Positions 40,727 through 53,626 of a DNA stretch of 64,000 nt are shown one piece after another (the first letter of the stretch is position 1; the number at the start of each line of letters is the position of its first letter). The notes beneath the pieces are model-generated. The model did no database searches. It was given only the letters and a program-made list of their open reading frames with translations, and was not told the DNA's origin. This stretch comes from Eledone cirrhosa (Eukaryota), in the NCBI GenBank assembly GCA_964016885.1, contig OZ024762.1, positions 11,656,001 through 11,720,000 on the forward strand. Reading direction: 5' to 3'. A program made the translations under genes and the position numbers.

Positions 40727-40938
40727 ATAGGGAAAAGAGTCAGGACCCCGACAGCTGAGCTCCTGCCATTTTGACAGCTAGATCCGAACGGCAGGTAGTT
40801 CGGATATAGCTGTCAAAACGGCAGGAGCTCAGCCGTCGGGGTCCTGACTCTTTTCCTATTACCCACTCTACTACCCTAAGTATTGAGTACTCTGGTGCAT
40901 TATGGTCCACCTGGTTTCTTACCACAACTCCTTTGTTA

Positions 40939-40939
<1 letters not shown>
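40727..40939. mobile_element. Fold-back element family F3 (non-palindromic copies at 19577-19732 and 39085-39152)
   Basis: ggaaaagagtcaggaccccgac...gtcggggtcctgactcttttcc plus the same tail. Confidence 0.8.
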
Positions 40940-40983
<44 letters not shown>

Positions 40984-41170
40984 CACACACACATAAATAT
41001 ATATATAGAATATAATATACACATATATATATATAATATACACACACACACATATATATATATACATATTAATATATATCCTTACGGGGTCGATAAAATA
41101 AAGTACCAGTAATACACTGGAATAATTGCAATATATTAACAAATGGAAACTATATTTATAAAACCATATT

Positions 41171-41236
41171 TATTTTATTATACATATTTCAAGGGCCACC
41201 AAGGCAAATTATGGTGCACTTTCATCAGATAAAATA
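41171..41236 (-). ncRNA. Hammerhead ribozyme motif (F2)
   Basis: Minus strand: tattttat-CTGATGA-aagtgcacca/tggtggccctt-GAAA-TATGTA-TA-ataaaata. Confidence 0.72.
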
Positions 41237-41271
41237 CAATACAGATTTGTTTTATAAATAAATATTGACAT

Positions 41272-41616
41272 GGAAGCACATGGCTTAGTGGTTAGAGCAT
41301 TGGCCTTGCAATCGAAAGGTTGTGAGTTCAATTCTCAGACCGGGTGATGTGTTGTTTCCTTGAGCAAGACACTTTATTTCACATTGCTCCAGTTTACTCA
41401 GCTGTAGAAATGAGATGATAGGGACTGGGGTCCCTATCATTCCACTGCAAAGTGGTTGTGGATGTGCCACGGCAAAAAAGCACCCAGCACTCACTGTAAA
41501 TGAGGTTGGTGTTAAGAAGGGCATCCGGCTGTAGAAATCAAGCCAGAATCAGTTCCCGTCCCACCCTTGCAAGCAGGGAAAAAGCGGACGTAAAATGAAA
41601 TGATGATGACGATGAT
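41272..41616 (+). mobile_element. SINE family A, full length, inserted into a fold-back hammerhead element
   Basis: A/B boxes, CORE-like motif, RTE tail ending gcggacgtaaaatgaaatgatgatgacgatgat. Confidence 0.88.
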
Positions 41617-41817
41617 ACCCTGAAAAAAGACAACCTTAACGGTTGGAGCCCTTGAAATATGTATAATAAAATAAATATGGTTTTATAAATAAAGTTTCCA
41701 TTTGTTAATATATTGTATATATATATATATATAATGAAAAATTGAACAGGGACAGAACAGAGAGGCAGTACGACAAATGTTTATTAAATTCACGCTCAGG
41801 AGAGTGGGGGGTAGGTG

Positions 41818-41848
<31 letters not shown>

Positions 41849-42297
41849 CTTCATTCATATAGCCATAGAGTAACCCCTACTGCCTCCCTCTCTCTCACCG
41901 CTACCACCACCCTCTTCTCCCACCGCCACCGCCACCCTCTTCTCCCACCGCCACTGCTGCCATATTCTGTGAACTGTTGCTAACAAAAAGTGAAAGAAAG
42001 AAACAACCTCTTCTAATAACTATCTTTTTGTTTATATTTATATTTGTTTGTTGTGTTTTAATGTTGTTTTATTGGAGAAAATGTTGTCAATTTGAAACAA
42101 TTTCCCCTGGTTTTTCAATCAAATTACATTTTGGTACAGAAATGTCTTTGTTGATATTTTATTGGTGCCATTATCCTCTCTGTAAATGCGTTTTGTCTGT
42201 GTGTATATATATATATATATGTATGTATGTTTGTGTATATATATATGTGTATATATATTTATATATATATATATGTATGTGTATATATATATATGTG

Positions 42298-42328
<31 letters not shown>

Positions 42329-42371
42329 GTATGTGTATATATATATATGTATGTGTATATATATATGTATG

Positions 42372-42404
<33 letters not shown>

Positions 42405-42427
42405 ATATATATATATATGTATGTATG

Positions 42428-42464
<37 letters not shown>

Positions 42465-43383
42465 GTATGTGTATATATATATATATGTGTATATATATAT
42501 ATATGTATGTATGTATATATATTTATATATATTTATATATATATATGTATGTGTATATATATGTTGTGTGTAGTATGTGGTGGTAGTAGTAGTAGTAGTA
42601 GTAGTAAAAATAGTAGTGTTAGTATAGTGGTGGTGGTGGTGGTGGTGGTGGTGGTGGTGGTGGTGGTGGTGGTGGTGGTAGTAGTGGTGGTGTTTTCATT
42701 GAAAATAATTACTGACTTGTTTGTTTTTCTGTATGTAATATTATTAATTTTCATCAATAGACACACATACCACCCCACCTTCACCTCTACTAACTCCACC
42801 ACTATAACCTCCATCACCACCACCACTATATCCATCATCACAAACACCACTACAACCGCCCATCATCCCCATCACCACTATACCTGCCACCACCACCACC
42901 ACCACTATAACCTCCACCACCACCACCACTATAACCTCCATCACCACCACCACTATAACCTCCATCACCACCACCACTACAACCGCCCATCATCTCCATC
43001 ACCACTATACCTGCCACTACCACCACCACCACTATCACCTCCATCACCATCATATCTGCTGCCACCACCACCACTATAACCTCCATCACCACAACAACCG
43101 CGCATCATCCCCATCACCACTATACCTGCCACTACCACCACCACCACTATCACCTCCATCACCATCATATCTGCTGCCACCACCACCACTATAACCTCCA
43201 TCACCACAACAACCGCGCATCATCCCCATCACCACTATACCTGCCACCACCACCACCACCACCACCACTATAACCTCCATCACCACCTTCACCATCACCT
43301 CCTATCATCATCACCACCACCACCACTATGACCTCACCATATCACCTATCTATGAGATTTTGATATTATTTATTTGGAGAAGT

Positions 43384-43575
43384 GGCGGTGGATTGGCAGT
43401 ATCGGTAGAGGGTCGGACGCCATGCTTTGACGCATAGAGTTACGGCCCTTGCCATTCTGAGTTCAAATCCCGTCGAGGTTAACTTTGCCTTTCATCCTTA
43501 CGGGGTCGATAAAATAAAGTACCAGTAATGCACTGGGTAATTGCTGGCCTTGTGCCAAATGTAGAAACAATTATT
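43384..43575 (+). mobile_element. tRNA-derived SINE family B (representative full copy; about 18 full or partial copies in the window)
   Basis: ggcggtggattggcagtatcgg (A box) ... gagttcaaatccc (B box) ... gcctttcatccttacggggtcgataaaataaagtaccag. Other copies near 5520-5690(-), 9017-9205(-), 20190-20320, 30474-30568(-), 36160-36380, 43987-44080(-), 45490-45886(-, x2), 47898-48230(-, x2), 52898-53015(-), 58995-59085, 60410-60630, 62795-62900, 63780-63985. Confidence 0.85.
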
Positions 43576-46500
43576 TATTTTGAGAACAATACCTTCACAT
43601 CAGTATGGGTGGCCAGTTACAGCTGGTTTGATCAGAAAGAGGTGAGAGAATTCTGGTCAGATATGACTGGTTTAAATGCTAAAGGGTTAAAACACCTGAG
43701 AAATCTCCCATGAGATACAACTTTGTAGAAGATCAGCTAAACCTACATAGGTGAGAACTGTAACAATATGATAGGACTGGGGGTCCCTAACCCTAACCCT
43801 TTAGTGTTCAAACCGGCCAAAACCAGCCAGAATTCTCTACCTCTTTCTGTTGAACCTGACTGTAATTGGTCGCTCATACTGATGTTAAGGTATTGTTCTC
43901 AAAATAAATACTTTCAAAATCTCATAGATTCAATATTATGTGAGGTAAAACCTTTACCATGAAAATACAATAGTATATATATATATAATTGTTTCTACTT
44001 TTGGCACAAGGCCAGCAATTACTCAGTGTATTACTGGTACTTTATTTTATCGATCCCGTAAGGATGAAAGGCAAAGTTAACAAAGCATAATAATGTGAAT
44101 GGTAAAGGGTTAAAACACCTCCCAAACCTACTATGAGATGTAATCTTCTAGGAGGCCAGCTAAAACTACGTATCTGTGAGATATAAATATAATTTTTCAT
44201 TTCAAAGATATCGTACACACACGCACACACATTCACTGTCACTTGCTCACTCACACACACACACACATTCACTGTCACTTGCTCACTCAGACACACACAC
44301 ACATTCACTGTCACTTGCTCACTCACACACACACACACACATTCACTGTCACTTGCTCGCTCACTCACTCACACACACACACATTCACTGTCACTTGCTC
44401 ACTCACACACACACATTCACACACCCTCTTTTCCTCTTTCTCTCTTTCTTCCTTTCTCCCTCTGTCTATCTCTCTCCCCCTCTCTCGCCTCTTTCTCCCC
44501 CTCTCTCTCCCCTCTCCCTTCCTCTATGCCCCCTCTCCTTCTTCCCTCTCCCTTCCTCTCTGCCCCCTCTCCTTCTTCCCTCTCCCTTCCTCTCTACCCC
44601 CTCTCCTCCTTCCCTCTCCCTTCCTCTCTGCCCCCCCCCCCTCTCTATACAAACTTACGGTGTTTTGAGTAATTTATTTAAGAAATCCATATTCCACCTC
44701 AATAGTTTATAAGATGTGGGTTTTTCCTGTCTACTGATAGCAGATATAATCTTTACAGAACAGAGGAGGAGGTGGTGATGGTGGTGGAGCTATGGGTAGA
44801 GGGGAAGGGGTGACTACCAGCAGAGGGTGGGGAGGGGCAGGGTCATTCACAATGGTGGAGGCATGCCTACCAAAGGAGGGAGAGTGGGACTACCAACGGA
44901 GGGGATAGGGCAGGCAACTACAAATGGTAGTGATGTTATAGGGTGCAGTGTCACTGTTGAGGGCTTACAAATGGAGGGGATGCAGGGTGGTTACCAATAG
45001 GGGGAGGGTGTACCAATGGTGTGGGGGAGTGAAGGGTGGTTACCAATAGGGGGAGGGTATACCAATGGTGGGGGATCAGGGTGGTGACCAATAGCAGGAG
45101 AGTATATGGTGGGAGAGTGCAGGGTGTTTCCTAATTTACTAATAGGGGTAGGGTGTTTACCAATAGAGGGGAGGGTGTACCAATGGTGGGGAGTGTAGGG
45201 TGGCTACCAATAGGGGGGTGTACCAATGGTGGGGAGTGTAGGGTGGTTACCAATAGGAGGAGGGTGTACCAATGTGATACTGTAGTAGCTTCTTCCCCAC
45301 AGTTTGTGTCTTTCAAGTGATATTAGTCATTTAAAAGGAAGAAAAAGAGAGGAGGGGGGATAAATAAATACCAGGTCTTGATTCCCCCCCCCCCCGGGGG
45401 GGGGGCAAAGTTGACCTCAGCAGGATTTGAACTCTAAACATAGTCATAATTAAATACCCCCCCCCCCATTTTGTCTGATGTCCTAATAATAATTTCTTAT
45501 ATAGGCACAAGGCCAGCAATTTGGGGGGAGGGGAAAATCGATTAACTCGACCCCAGTGCATGACTGGTACTTTATTTTATCGACCCCGTAAGGATGAAAG
45601 GCAAAGTTAACGTCGGCGGGATTTGAACTCAGATAATGAAGGGCCGTAACTCTATGCTGCAAAGCATGGTGTCACACCCTCTACCGATATGATGATGATA
45701 ATTGTTTCTACGTTAGGCACAAGGCCAGCAATTACTCAGTGTATTACTGGTACTTTATTTTATCGACCCCGTAAGGATGAAAGGCAAAGTTAACCTTGGC
45801 GGGATTTGAACTCAGAATGGCAAGGGCCGTAACTCTATGCGTCAAAGCATGGCGTCCGACCCTCTACCAATACTGCCAATCCACCGATATGATGATAATA
45901 ATAATAATAGCCCAAATAAGTTTCTGTTATAAAGTAATTCATGAGGCCCACTGTATCTTTCCCACCCCACATCTGACTTACATCCACCCCATATCTGACT
46001 TACATCCACCCCACATCTTATTTACATCCACCCCACATCGACCCTACACTCACTTCACAGTGGAGCAGATGACCACTAAATACCAGAGGGACCGACCTCT
46101 GGTGACCTTGGTCCCTGGCCTACCAGAGTGGAGCAGAAGGTGACCAAATACCAAACATCGACTGACCTCTGGTGACCTTGGTCCCTGGTCCTTGACCGAC
46201 TATTTCCTTTCTGTCTATGTTGCCATGAAGGCCTCATCTGTCTTCAGTTCCCTGACTTCTACCAAATTAGAAGGTGGTAATGTTGATGATGATGATGGTG
46301 GTGATGATGATGATGGTAGTGGTGGTGGTGATGATGGTGGTGGTGGTGGTGGTGGTGATGATGACGGTGGTGGTGGTGGTGGTGGTAGTGGTGGTGATGA
46401 TGATGGTGATAATGGTGGTGGTGGTGGTAATGATGGTGGTGATGGTAGTGGTGGTGGTGGTAATGATGATGGTGGTGGTGACGGTGGTGGTGGTGGAGTG

Positions 46501-47137
46501 ATGACATTGATGGTGGTGATGTAATGTTGCTGTTGGTAATGATGATACAGTGATGATAATATTGTTACTGCTGCTGCTGCTGCTGTTACTGCTGCTGATG
46601 TTGTTGATGGTGATGATGATGATGATGATGGCATTGGTGGTGGTGATGGTGATGATGTTGATAGTGACTATTTCAATTGTGTCAGTGTGAAATCTGTAAT
46701 AAATGTCACACTTCAGTAAACAGCCAGACAGGAAGAGGGTGGGGGGACAAAGGTAGAGAAGGGGGTTATGTGTGGGGGGAGGGGGAGAAGGCATGGGGGC
46801 AACGGTGGAGAAGGTGTGGGGGGGCAAAGGTGGAGAAGGTGTGGGGGGCAAAGGTAGAGGAGATGTGGTGGGGTGGCGGCGGAAGGTGGAGAGGGGTGGG
46901 GGTATATGTGGTGGAGTGGGGGGTATATGTGGTGGGGTGGTAGGGCAAGGTGGAGTGAGGGGAGGGGGTAGTCTGGCAAACTTTCTCTCTAAAAATACAT
47001 TTGAGCTGTTGTAGGGTTAATATTATTAATATAGTTAAAGTGAATAGAAAGGGGTCGCTGGGCGTGTGTGTGTGTGTGTATCTGTACTAGACTATGTGCA
47101 TTAGTTTGTGTGTGTGTGTATGTATCTATGTCTGTAT

Positions 47138-47370
47138 GTATACTAGAGTATGTGGTGTATATATGCATACTAGAGTATGTGGTGTATATATGCATACTAG
47201 AGTATGTGGTGTATATATGCATACTAGAGTATGTGGTGTATATATGCATACTAGAGTATGTGGTGTATATATGCATACTAGAGTATGTGGTGTATATATG
47301 CATACTAGAGTATGTGGTGTATATATGCATACTAGAGTATGTGGTGTATATATGTATACTAGAGTATGTA
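47138..47370. repeat. ~8 x 27-bp tandem (tactagagtatgtggtgtatatatgca)
   Basis: Direct observation. Confidence 0.93.
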
Positions 47371-48861
47371 CATTAATTTGTTAGTTTGTGTATGTATGTA
47401 TGTACGTATGTATATATGTATGTAATTAAGTATGTATACTAGAGTGTATGTATATATGTATACTAGAGTATGTACATTAGTTTGTGTATGTATGTATGTA
47501 CGTATGTATATATGTAAGTAAGTATGTATACTAGAGTGTATGTATATATGTATACTAGAGTATGTACATTAGTTTGCCCTCATTCTAATCAGGGCCCTTC
47601 CTAAAAACTCCACTTCCTATTTTTTCCCCTAATTTCCAGTCAACCTACAACCATATGTTAGAAACAAAACACCAAGAACTACTACAAACAATTACCATTT
47701 TTAAGACCAATTTTAGCAGCAATTCCCAATTCTCTAAAAAAGATGGATGGTTGGGGTGACTCAATGTTTTTTTTTTATTTTCTCTCTAAATTAAAAGTTA
47801 AGAAGGAATTGTTTAAACTGTAACTAAATAATTCTATAAAATAATAAAGTTGGTTAAAAAAGATTGTTAAAAATTCCATTTTGAAAATGTTAAATAATAA
47901 TTGTTTCTACTTTTGGCACAAGGCCAGCAATTATCCCAGTGCATTACTGGTACTTTATTTTATCCCCCCCCCCCCCCCCCCCGTAAGGATGAAAGGCAAA
48001 TTTAACCTCGGCAGGATTTGATCTCAGAATGTAAAGGGCCGTAATTCTATGCTGCAAAGCATGGCGTCCGGCCTTCTACCGATACTGCCAATATGGTTTC
48101 TGTTTAAGGCACAAGGCCAGCAATTTTGGGGAGGTGGAAAATCGATTAAATCGACCCCAGTGCATTGCTGGTACTTTATTTTATTGACCCTGTAAGGATG
48201 AAAGGCAAAGTTAACCTCAGCAGGATTAGATGGTAGTGTCCCAGCATGGCCTCAGCCATGTAATAGAGTAATGAATTATATTTTTATATTGTTTTGTTTT
48301 ATATTCTTCTTATATTGTTTTTTTTAATTATTTTTTTTAAATTTGTGAAAATACATAAAGGAAAAGAAAGAAGAAAAATGAAGAAGAGAGAGAAAAGAAA
48401 AACAATTAAATAGGGAAAGTAAGGGAGGGGGAAGGAGGTGGCAGACTCTACACCACCACCACCACCACTACCTCAGTCTAGTTGTTATGTCACCATTATG
48501 GGAGAGGGGGAGGAAAGGGAGTGGCAGACCCCACCTCCCCAGTCTACCCCCTCCCCCTGTCTAGGTGTTATGTCACAGTTGCAGTGGAAGGGGTAGGGGT
48601 GGTGGTAAGGAAGTGGAGTGGCAGACTCTACACCCCTCTCCACCCCCTGTCTAGGTGTTATATCACAGCTGTACCCTGCAGACAATTTGACGAAGGCATT
48701 GCACCCCTCACTAAGCAGTATATCTCAGCTGTACCCTGCAGACAAAATGATGAAGGCATTGCTGAGGAAAAGAGCCAGTGAAACCCGCTACATCAGCCAA
48801 ACTACCTCTACACCCCTGTCTAGGCAGTATTTCACAGGTGTAGGGGAGATGAAGGGAGTGA

Positions 48862-49425
48862 CGGACTCTACACCCCAGTCTAGGTGGTATATCTCAGCTG
48901 TGAGTGACAGACTCTACATCCCAGTCTCAGCTGTGAGTGACAGACTCTACGCCCCAGTCTAGGTGGTATATCTCAGCTGTGAGAGACAGACTCTACACCC
49001 CAGTTTAGGTGGTATATCTCAGCTGTGAGAGACAGACTCTACACCCCAGTCTAGGTGGTATATCTCGGCTGTGAGAGACAGACTCTACACCCCAGTTTAG
49101 GTGGTATATCTCAGCTGTGAGAGACAGACTCTACACCCCAGTCTAGGTGGTATATCTCAGCTGTGGTAGGGAGTGACAGACTCTACGCCCCAGTCTAGGT
49201 GGTATATCTCAGCTGTGGTAGGGAGTGACAGACTCCACACCCCAGTCAAGGTGGTATATCTCAGCTGTGGTAGGGAGTGACAGACTCTACACCCCAGTCT
49301 AGGTGGTATATCTCAGCTGTGGTAGGGAGTGACAGACTCTACACCCCAGTCTAGGTGGTATATCTCAGCTATGGTTGGGAGTGACAGACTCTACACCTCA
49401 GTCTAGGTGGTATATCTCAGCTGTG
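48862..49425. repeat. 46-52-bp tandem array (gactctacaccccagtctaggtggtatatctcagctgtg...)
   Basis: About 11-12 units, with degenerate precursors from ~48440. Confidence 0.88.
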
Positions 49426-49914
49426 CCTCATAGACAAAATGTCAAAGGCATTACCATGGAGAACAGCCAGTGATTCCCATCACATCAGCCACTCTCTCCC
49501 TCATAACCTCTTCATTAGTCGAGATTTCAGCCCCCAATTCTGCAGAGGAAACCAGTATTTCAGGGCCCAAGGACATCCAAGATCTTGACAGTAACTGGCA
49601 TGAAAAGGAAACAGTCCCAGTTTTTATAAACAATTTTTATATATTTTAATATTTTATATTCTTAAATATTGTTTGCATTAGTTTTTATTGTCACTACAAA
49701 GAAGTATGGGGTGGGTGGGGGTGTAAAATATACATGTGGGTGTGTACATGTATGTGTATGTATGTGTGTGTGCAAACATATATGTATATCTGTGGGTGTG
49801 AACATGTATGTGTATGAATGAACATGTATGTATATGTGTGTTTATGTGTACACGTATGTATGTGTGTACATGTATGTGTGTACATGTATGTATATGTATG
49901 CGTGTATGTTTATT

Positions 49915-49956
<42 letters not shown>

Positions 49957-51247
49957 CATGTTTGTGTGTCTGTGCATAAATATATATGTATTTATGTATG
50001 CCTGTATGTATGTACATTTTTGCCTTTATGTATGTATATATATATTATGTATATATGCCTATATATATTATGTATGTATGTATGCCTATATATATATATG
50101 TATGTATGCCTATATATATATATATGTATATATGCCTATATATATATATATGTATATATGCCTATATATATGTATATATGCCTATATATATATATGCCTA
50201 TATATATATATGTATATATGCCTATATATATGTATATATGCCTATATATATTATGTATGTATGCCTATATGTATATATATATGCCTATATATATTATGTA
50301 TGTATGTATGCCTATATATATATATGTATATATGCCTATATGTATGTATATATGCCTATATATATATATGTATATATGCCTATATATATTATGTATGTAT
50401 GTATGCCTATATATATATGTATATATGCCTATATATATATATGTATATATGCCTATATGTATATATGCCTATATATATTATGTATGTATGTATGCCTATA
50501 TATATATATATATATATGCCTATATATATGTATATATGCCTATATATATGTATATATGCCTATATATATTATGTATGTATGCCTATATGTCTACATATAT
50601 TATGTATGTATGAATGTCTGTATATATGTAATAACTCTACTTTATTTAATCTTCTGTCCAAAAGCTATTTTTAAAATAGAATTAAAAAACAAATTGAATT
50701 TCAGAGCACTAACATATTAGTTAATGGTGGAACAACCTTTGTTGTTGTTGTTGGTGGTGGTGGTGTTGTTGGTAGTGTTGGTGGTGGTGTTATTGGTAGT
50801 GGTGGTGGTGTTGTTGTTGGTGGTGGTAACGGTGTTATTTATACAATAACAACAGATTTATGTTATTGTAGAAATATACTTTAAATGTTATATTTGGGGA
50901 GAGTCATGTTGTTTTAATATTGCTAGAAAAATATAGTGAGTGTGTTTTACTATATATTTCTGGCAATATGAGAACAATATGACCCTCCCCAGATATAACA
51001 ATACCTGTTTCAACACACGATTTCATATCAAAACAAATACATCACGCCATATTTTAGATGATTCCAGAGAAACAGAATAATTCACAGTAAAAGACATGTT
51101 ACTTTCAGCAGCAAATCTTTAGTCATTAAAACATTGGCTTAGAACAGAGATGAGAAATCTGTGGCCTTCTATGCCATTCTGTGCGGCCTATGTTTTTATC
51201 TATCTCATTTTATTTTTATTTAAACCATAAAATGAATGTATTTTAAA

Positions 51248-51468
51248 ATAATAATAATGAAATTATTGTGTCCAGTGCTCAGGTGCACTACAACTCATCA
51301 AAGGTACATAAAATAATGTACAAATGTCAGGAAAGTGAACAGTGTATGAGTCATGATATACATGTGTGTGTGTGTATGGAGAGAAGATATCAGGTGTAGT
51401 GTTGGAGAATTTCAGGAAGCCTGAAAGTTTTGAAGGGTGCAGTGTCCCAGCAGCTAATGACTGTAGCA
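51248..51468 (-). mobile_element. LINE (CR1/L2-like) 3' end with (TAT)n tail; shorter copies at 32708-32760 (+) and 60878-60975 (-)
   Basis: Shared terminus ttgtagtgcacctgagcactg(t/g)acacaataatttcattattatt at three loci; clade assignment is tentative. Confidence 0.6.
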
Positions 51469-51774
51469 AAAATTAAAAGAAAATTCAACGAAATAATTGA
51501 CACTGACAGACAATTTTAAAATTAGTTGATCATAGGGGCCATTTCATCATCTCTTCTTCCAAGAGAGCGATAAATGCAGGTATGAACATAGATATTTCCT
51601 TCCAGAGAAATATACAGAGAGCAAAAATGAATTTAAGAGAGCGGAAGAACTAACAGGTAGTATAGTTATGGAAGCCAAAGTTGATCTTGTCAGAGAATAC
51701 AGAGAAAAAAATATCTTCAGTTCACAAAATGTGTACTTAGGTATTCAGTACTCTAGTCTACCTCTATGATTTGT

Positions 51775-52090
51775 GGCTGGGTATCTAGTGCCTTATGCTA
51801 GGCCTACAATGTGTACCTGGCTATCTAGTGCCCTAGGTTAGCCCTACAATGTGTACCTGCATATTTAGTGCCCTAGGATAGCCCTATAATGTGTACCTGG
51901 GTATCTAGTGCCCTAGGTTAGCCCTACAATGTGTACCTGCATATTTAGTGCCCTAGGATAGCCCTACAATGTGTACCTGGGTATCTAGTGCCCTAGGTTA
52001 GCCCTACAATGTGTACCTGGATATCTAGTGCCCTAGGTTAACCCTACAATGTGTACCTGGGTATCTAGTACCCTAGGTTAGCTCTACAAT
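51775..52090. repeat. ~8 x 40-bp tandem (gtatctagtgccctaggttagccctacaatgtgtacctgg)
   Basis: Period 40 (51781, 51821, 51861, 51901 ...). Confidence 0.92.
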
Positions 52091-53223
52091 GCAACCCATG
52101 CAAGCATGGAACAGTGAACATAAAACGATAAGATGATAAAATATAGACTCACACACATACATCACACACACACACGTACATCACACACACACATACGTAC
52201 ATCACACACTCATACACAAATACACACACACATATTTCCTTAGATTCTTGCTTTAAAAAATAAAACACAGCTACTTTTGTCTTTTAATATTCTCTCTCTC
52301 TCTCACCCCTCTTTCTCTCTCTCCCCCTCTCTCTCTCACTCCAACATATGAAACAAGTACTGTGTGTGTGTGTGTGTGCATGTGTGTGTGTATATGTGTC
52401 AAATTTATATTTTAATTGATTTCTCAGCATGTGTGTGGTGTGGTGGGGGAGGGTTTAGGGGTGAACAAAAAAAAAATAGAACATTTTTTTTCCTCTGAGC
52501 AGAATTAGATAAGGATGTGTACTCCATCCCTGACCAAATGGACAAACAGCCTTTTCATTGATCAGGGCCAGTTGGGGGGGGGGGGGGGTCTCACCCCCAC
52601 CACCAAACACCATCAAACGCCACCACTACCACCAACGCTGCCACCACCACCATCAAACACCACACCACCAAACACCAACACCACCACCACCTTCAATTTT
52701 GAAAATAGCTTTAGTGTAATTTATGTTTAATAAGTTTCTTCAGAAATTGTTTAACTTACTTAAGTCTAAACATTCTGTTATGATTTAGCAGAAAATATCT
52801 AAAAATAAGTTTGTTAATTCAAATGTTTATAGTATGTTTACTAGGTGACAGATTTTTGTGAAAATTTGCAGTATTAGAGTAAAGACTTTAATTTTTAATT
52901 GTTTCTACTTTTGGCAAAAGGACAGCAATTACCTAAGTGCATTACTGGTACTTTATTTTATCGACCCCATAAGGATGAAAGGCAAAGTTAACCTCAGCTG
53001 GATTTGAACTCAGGCAGTCATTTTATGGTTTTACACTTTTCAAGAATGTCTTACTGATGTGGTTTCATGTGGAACAGGATGTTAAGAGTTTGTTTGATCC
53101 CATGGCTTTTTTCATTTATTTATTTCTCCTACAAAAACCAAAATTTTACCTGTTCTAATTGCTTGAATTCCTGAATTTTTTAATCCTAAAAATTGTTGAA
53201 CTTCTGGGCTTTATTATCTCATT

Positions 53224-53256
53224 AATTTTCTTCTTTTTTTTCTTTCTTTTTTTCAG
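53224..53256 (+). promoter_or_regulatory. Splice acceptor (long polypyrimidine tract + CAG) probably opening the exon that holds the whole CDS
   Basis: ttttcttcttttttttctttcttttttttcag|gaatcc; the exon would start at 53257, 370 nt before the ATG. Confidence 0.6.
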
Positions 53257-53626
53257 GAATCCTATATTATCCAAAGGTGTTCAATATTCAGAGAAATATA
53301 ACACTACCAATTTTCTAAGGACCCTGTATTCGCATTCAGAAATATAAATTTTTTTTTATTGTCAATAACGAAGAATACTTCATCTTTCTATGGACTGAAA
53401 TATTTTTCATGAGGATGCTGGTTTCTTTACAACAATTTGTTTGGTAATCTGTCAACATTTTTTAAATTGTACACTGAAGGATTTTTCACTCACTGGAGAA
53501 TATGCTTGATATATTTATATATGTGGTAGAATATTGGCATTATGTATTGAAAAAGCTGTTTTCTAATTTGAAGGATATTCACCAGCAACACTGGCACATG
53601 CTGTATGCCACAGAAGAGGCCACAGC

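Noticed and set aside
43785-43800. Telomere-like CCCTAACCCTAACCCT
   Set aside because: Only two units, formed at a junction with a MITE end
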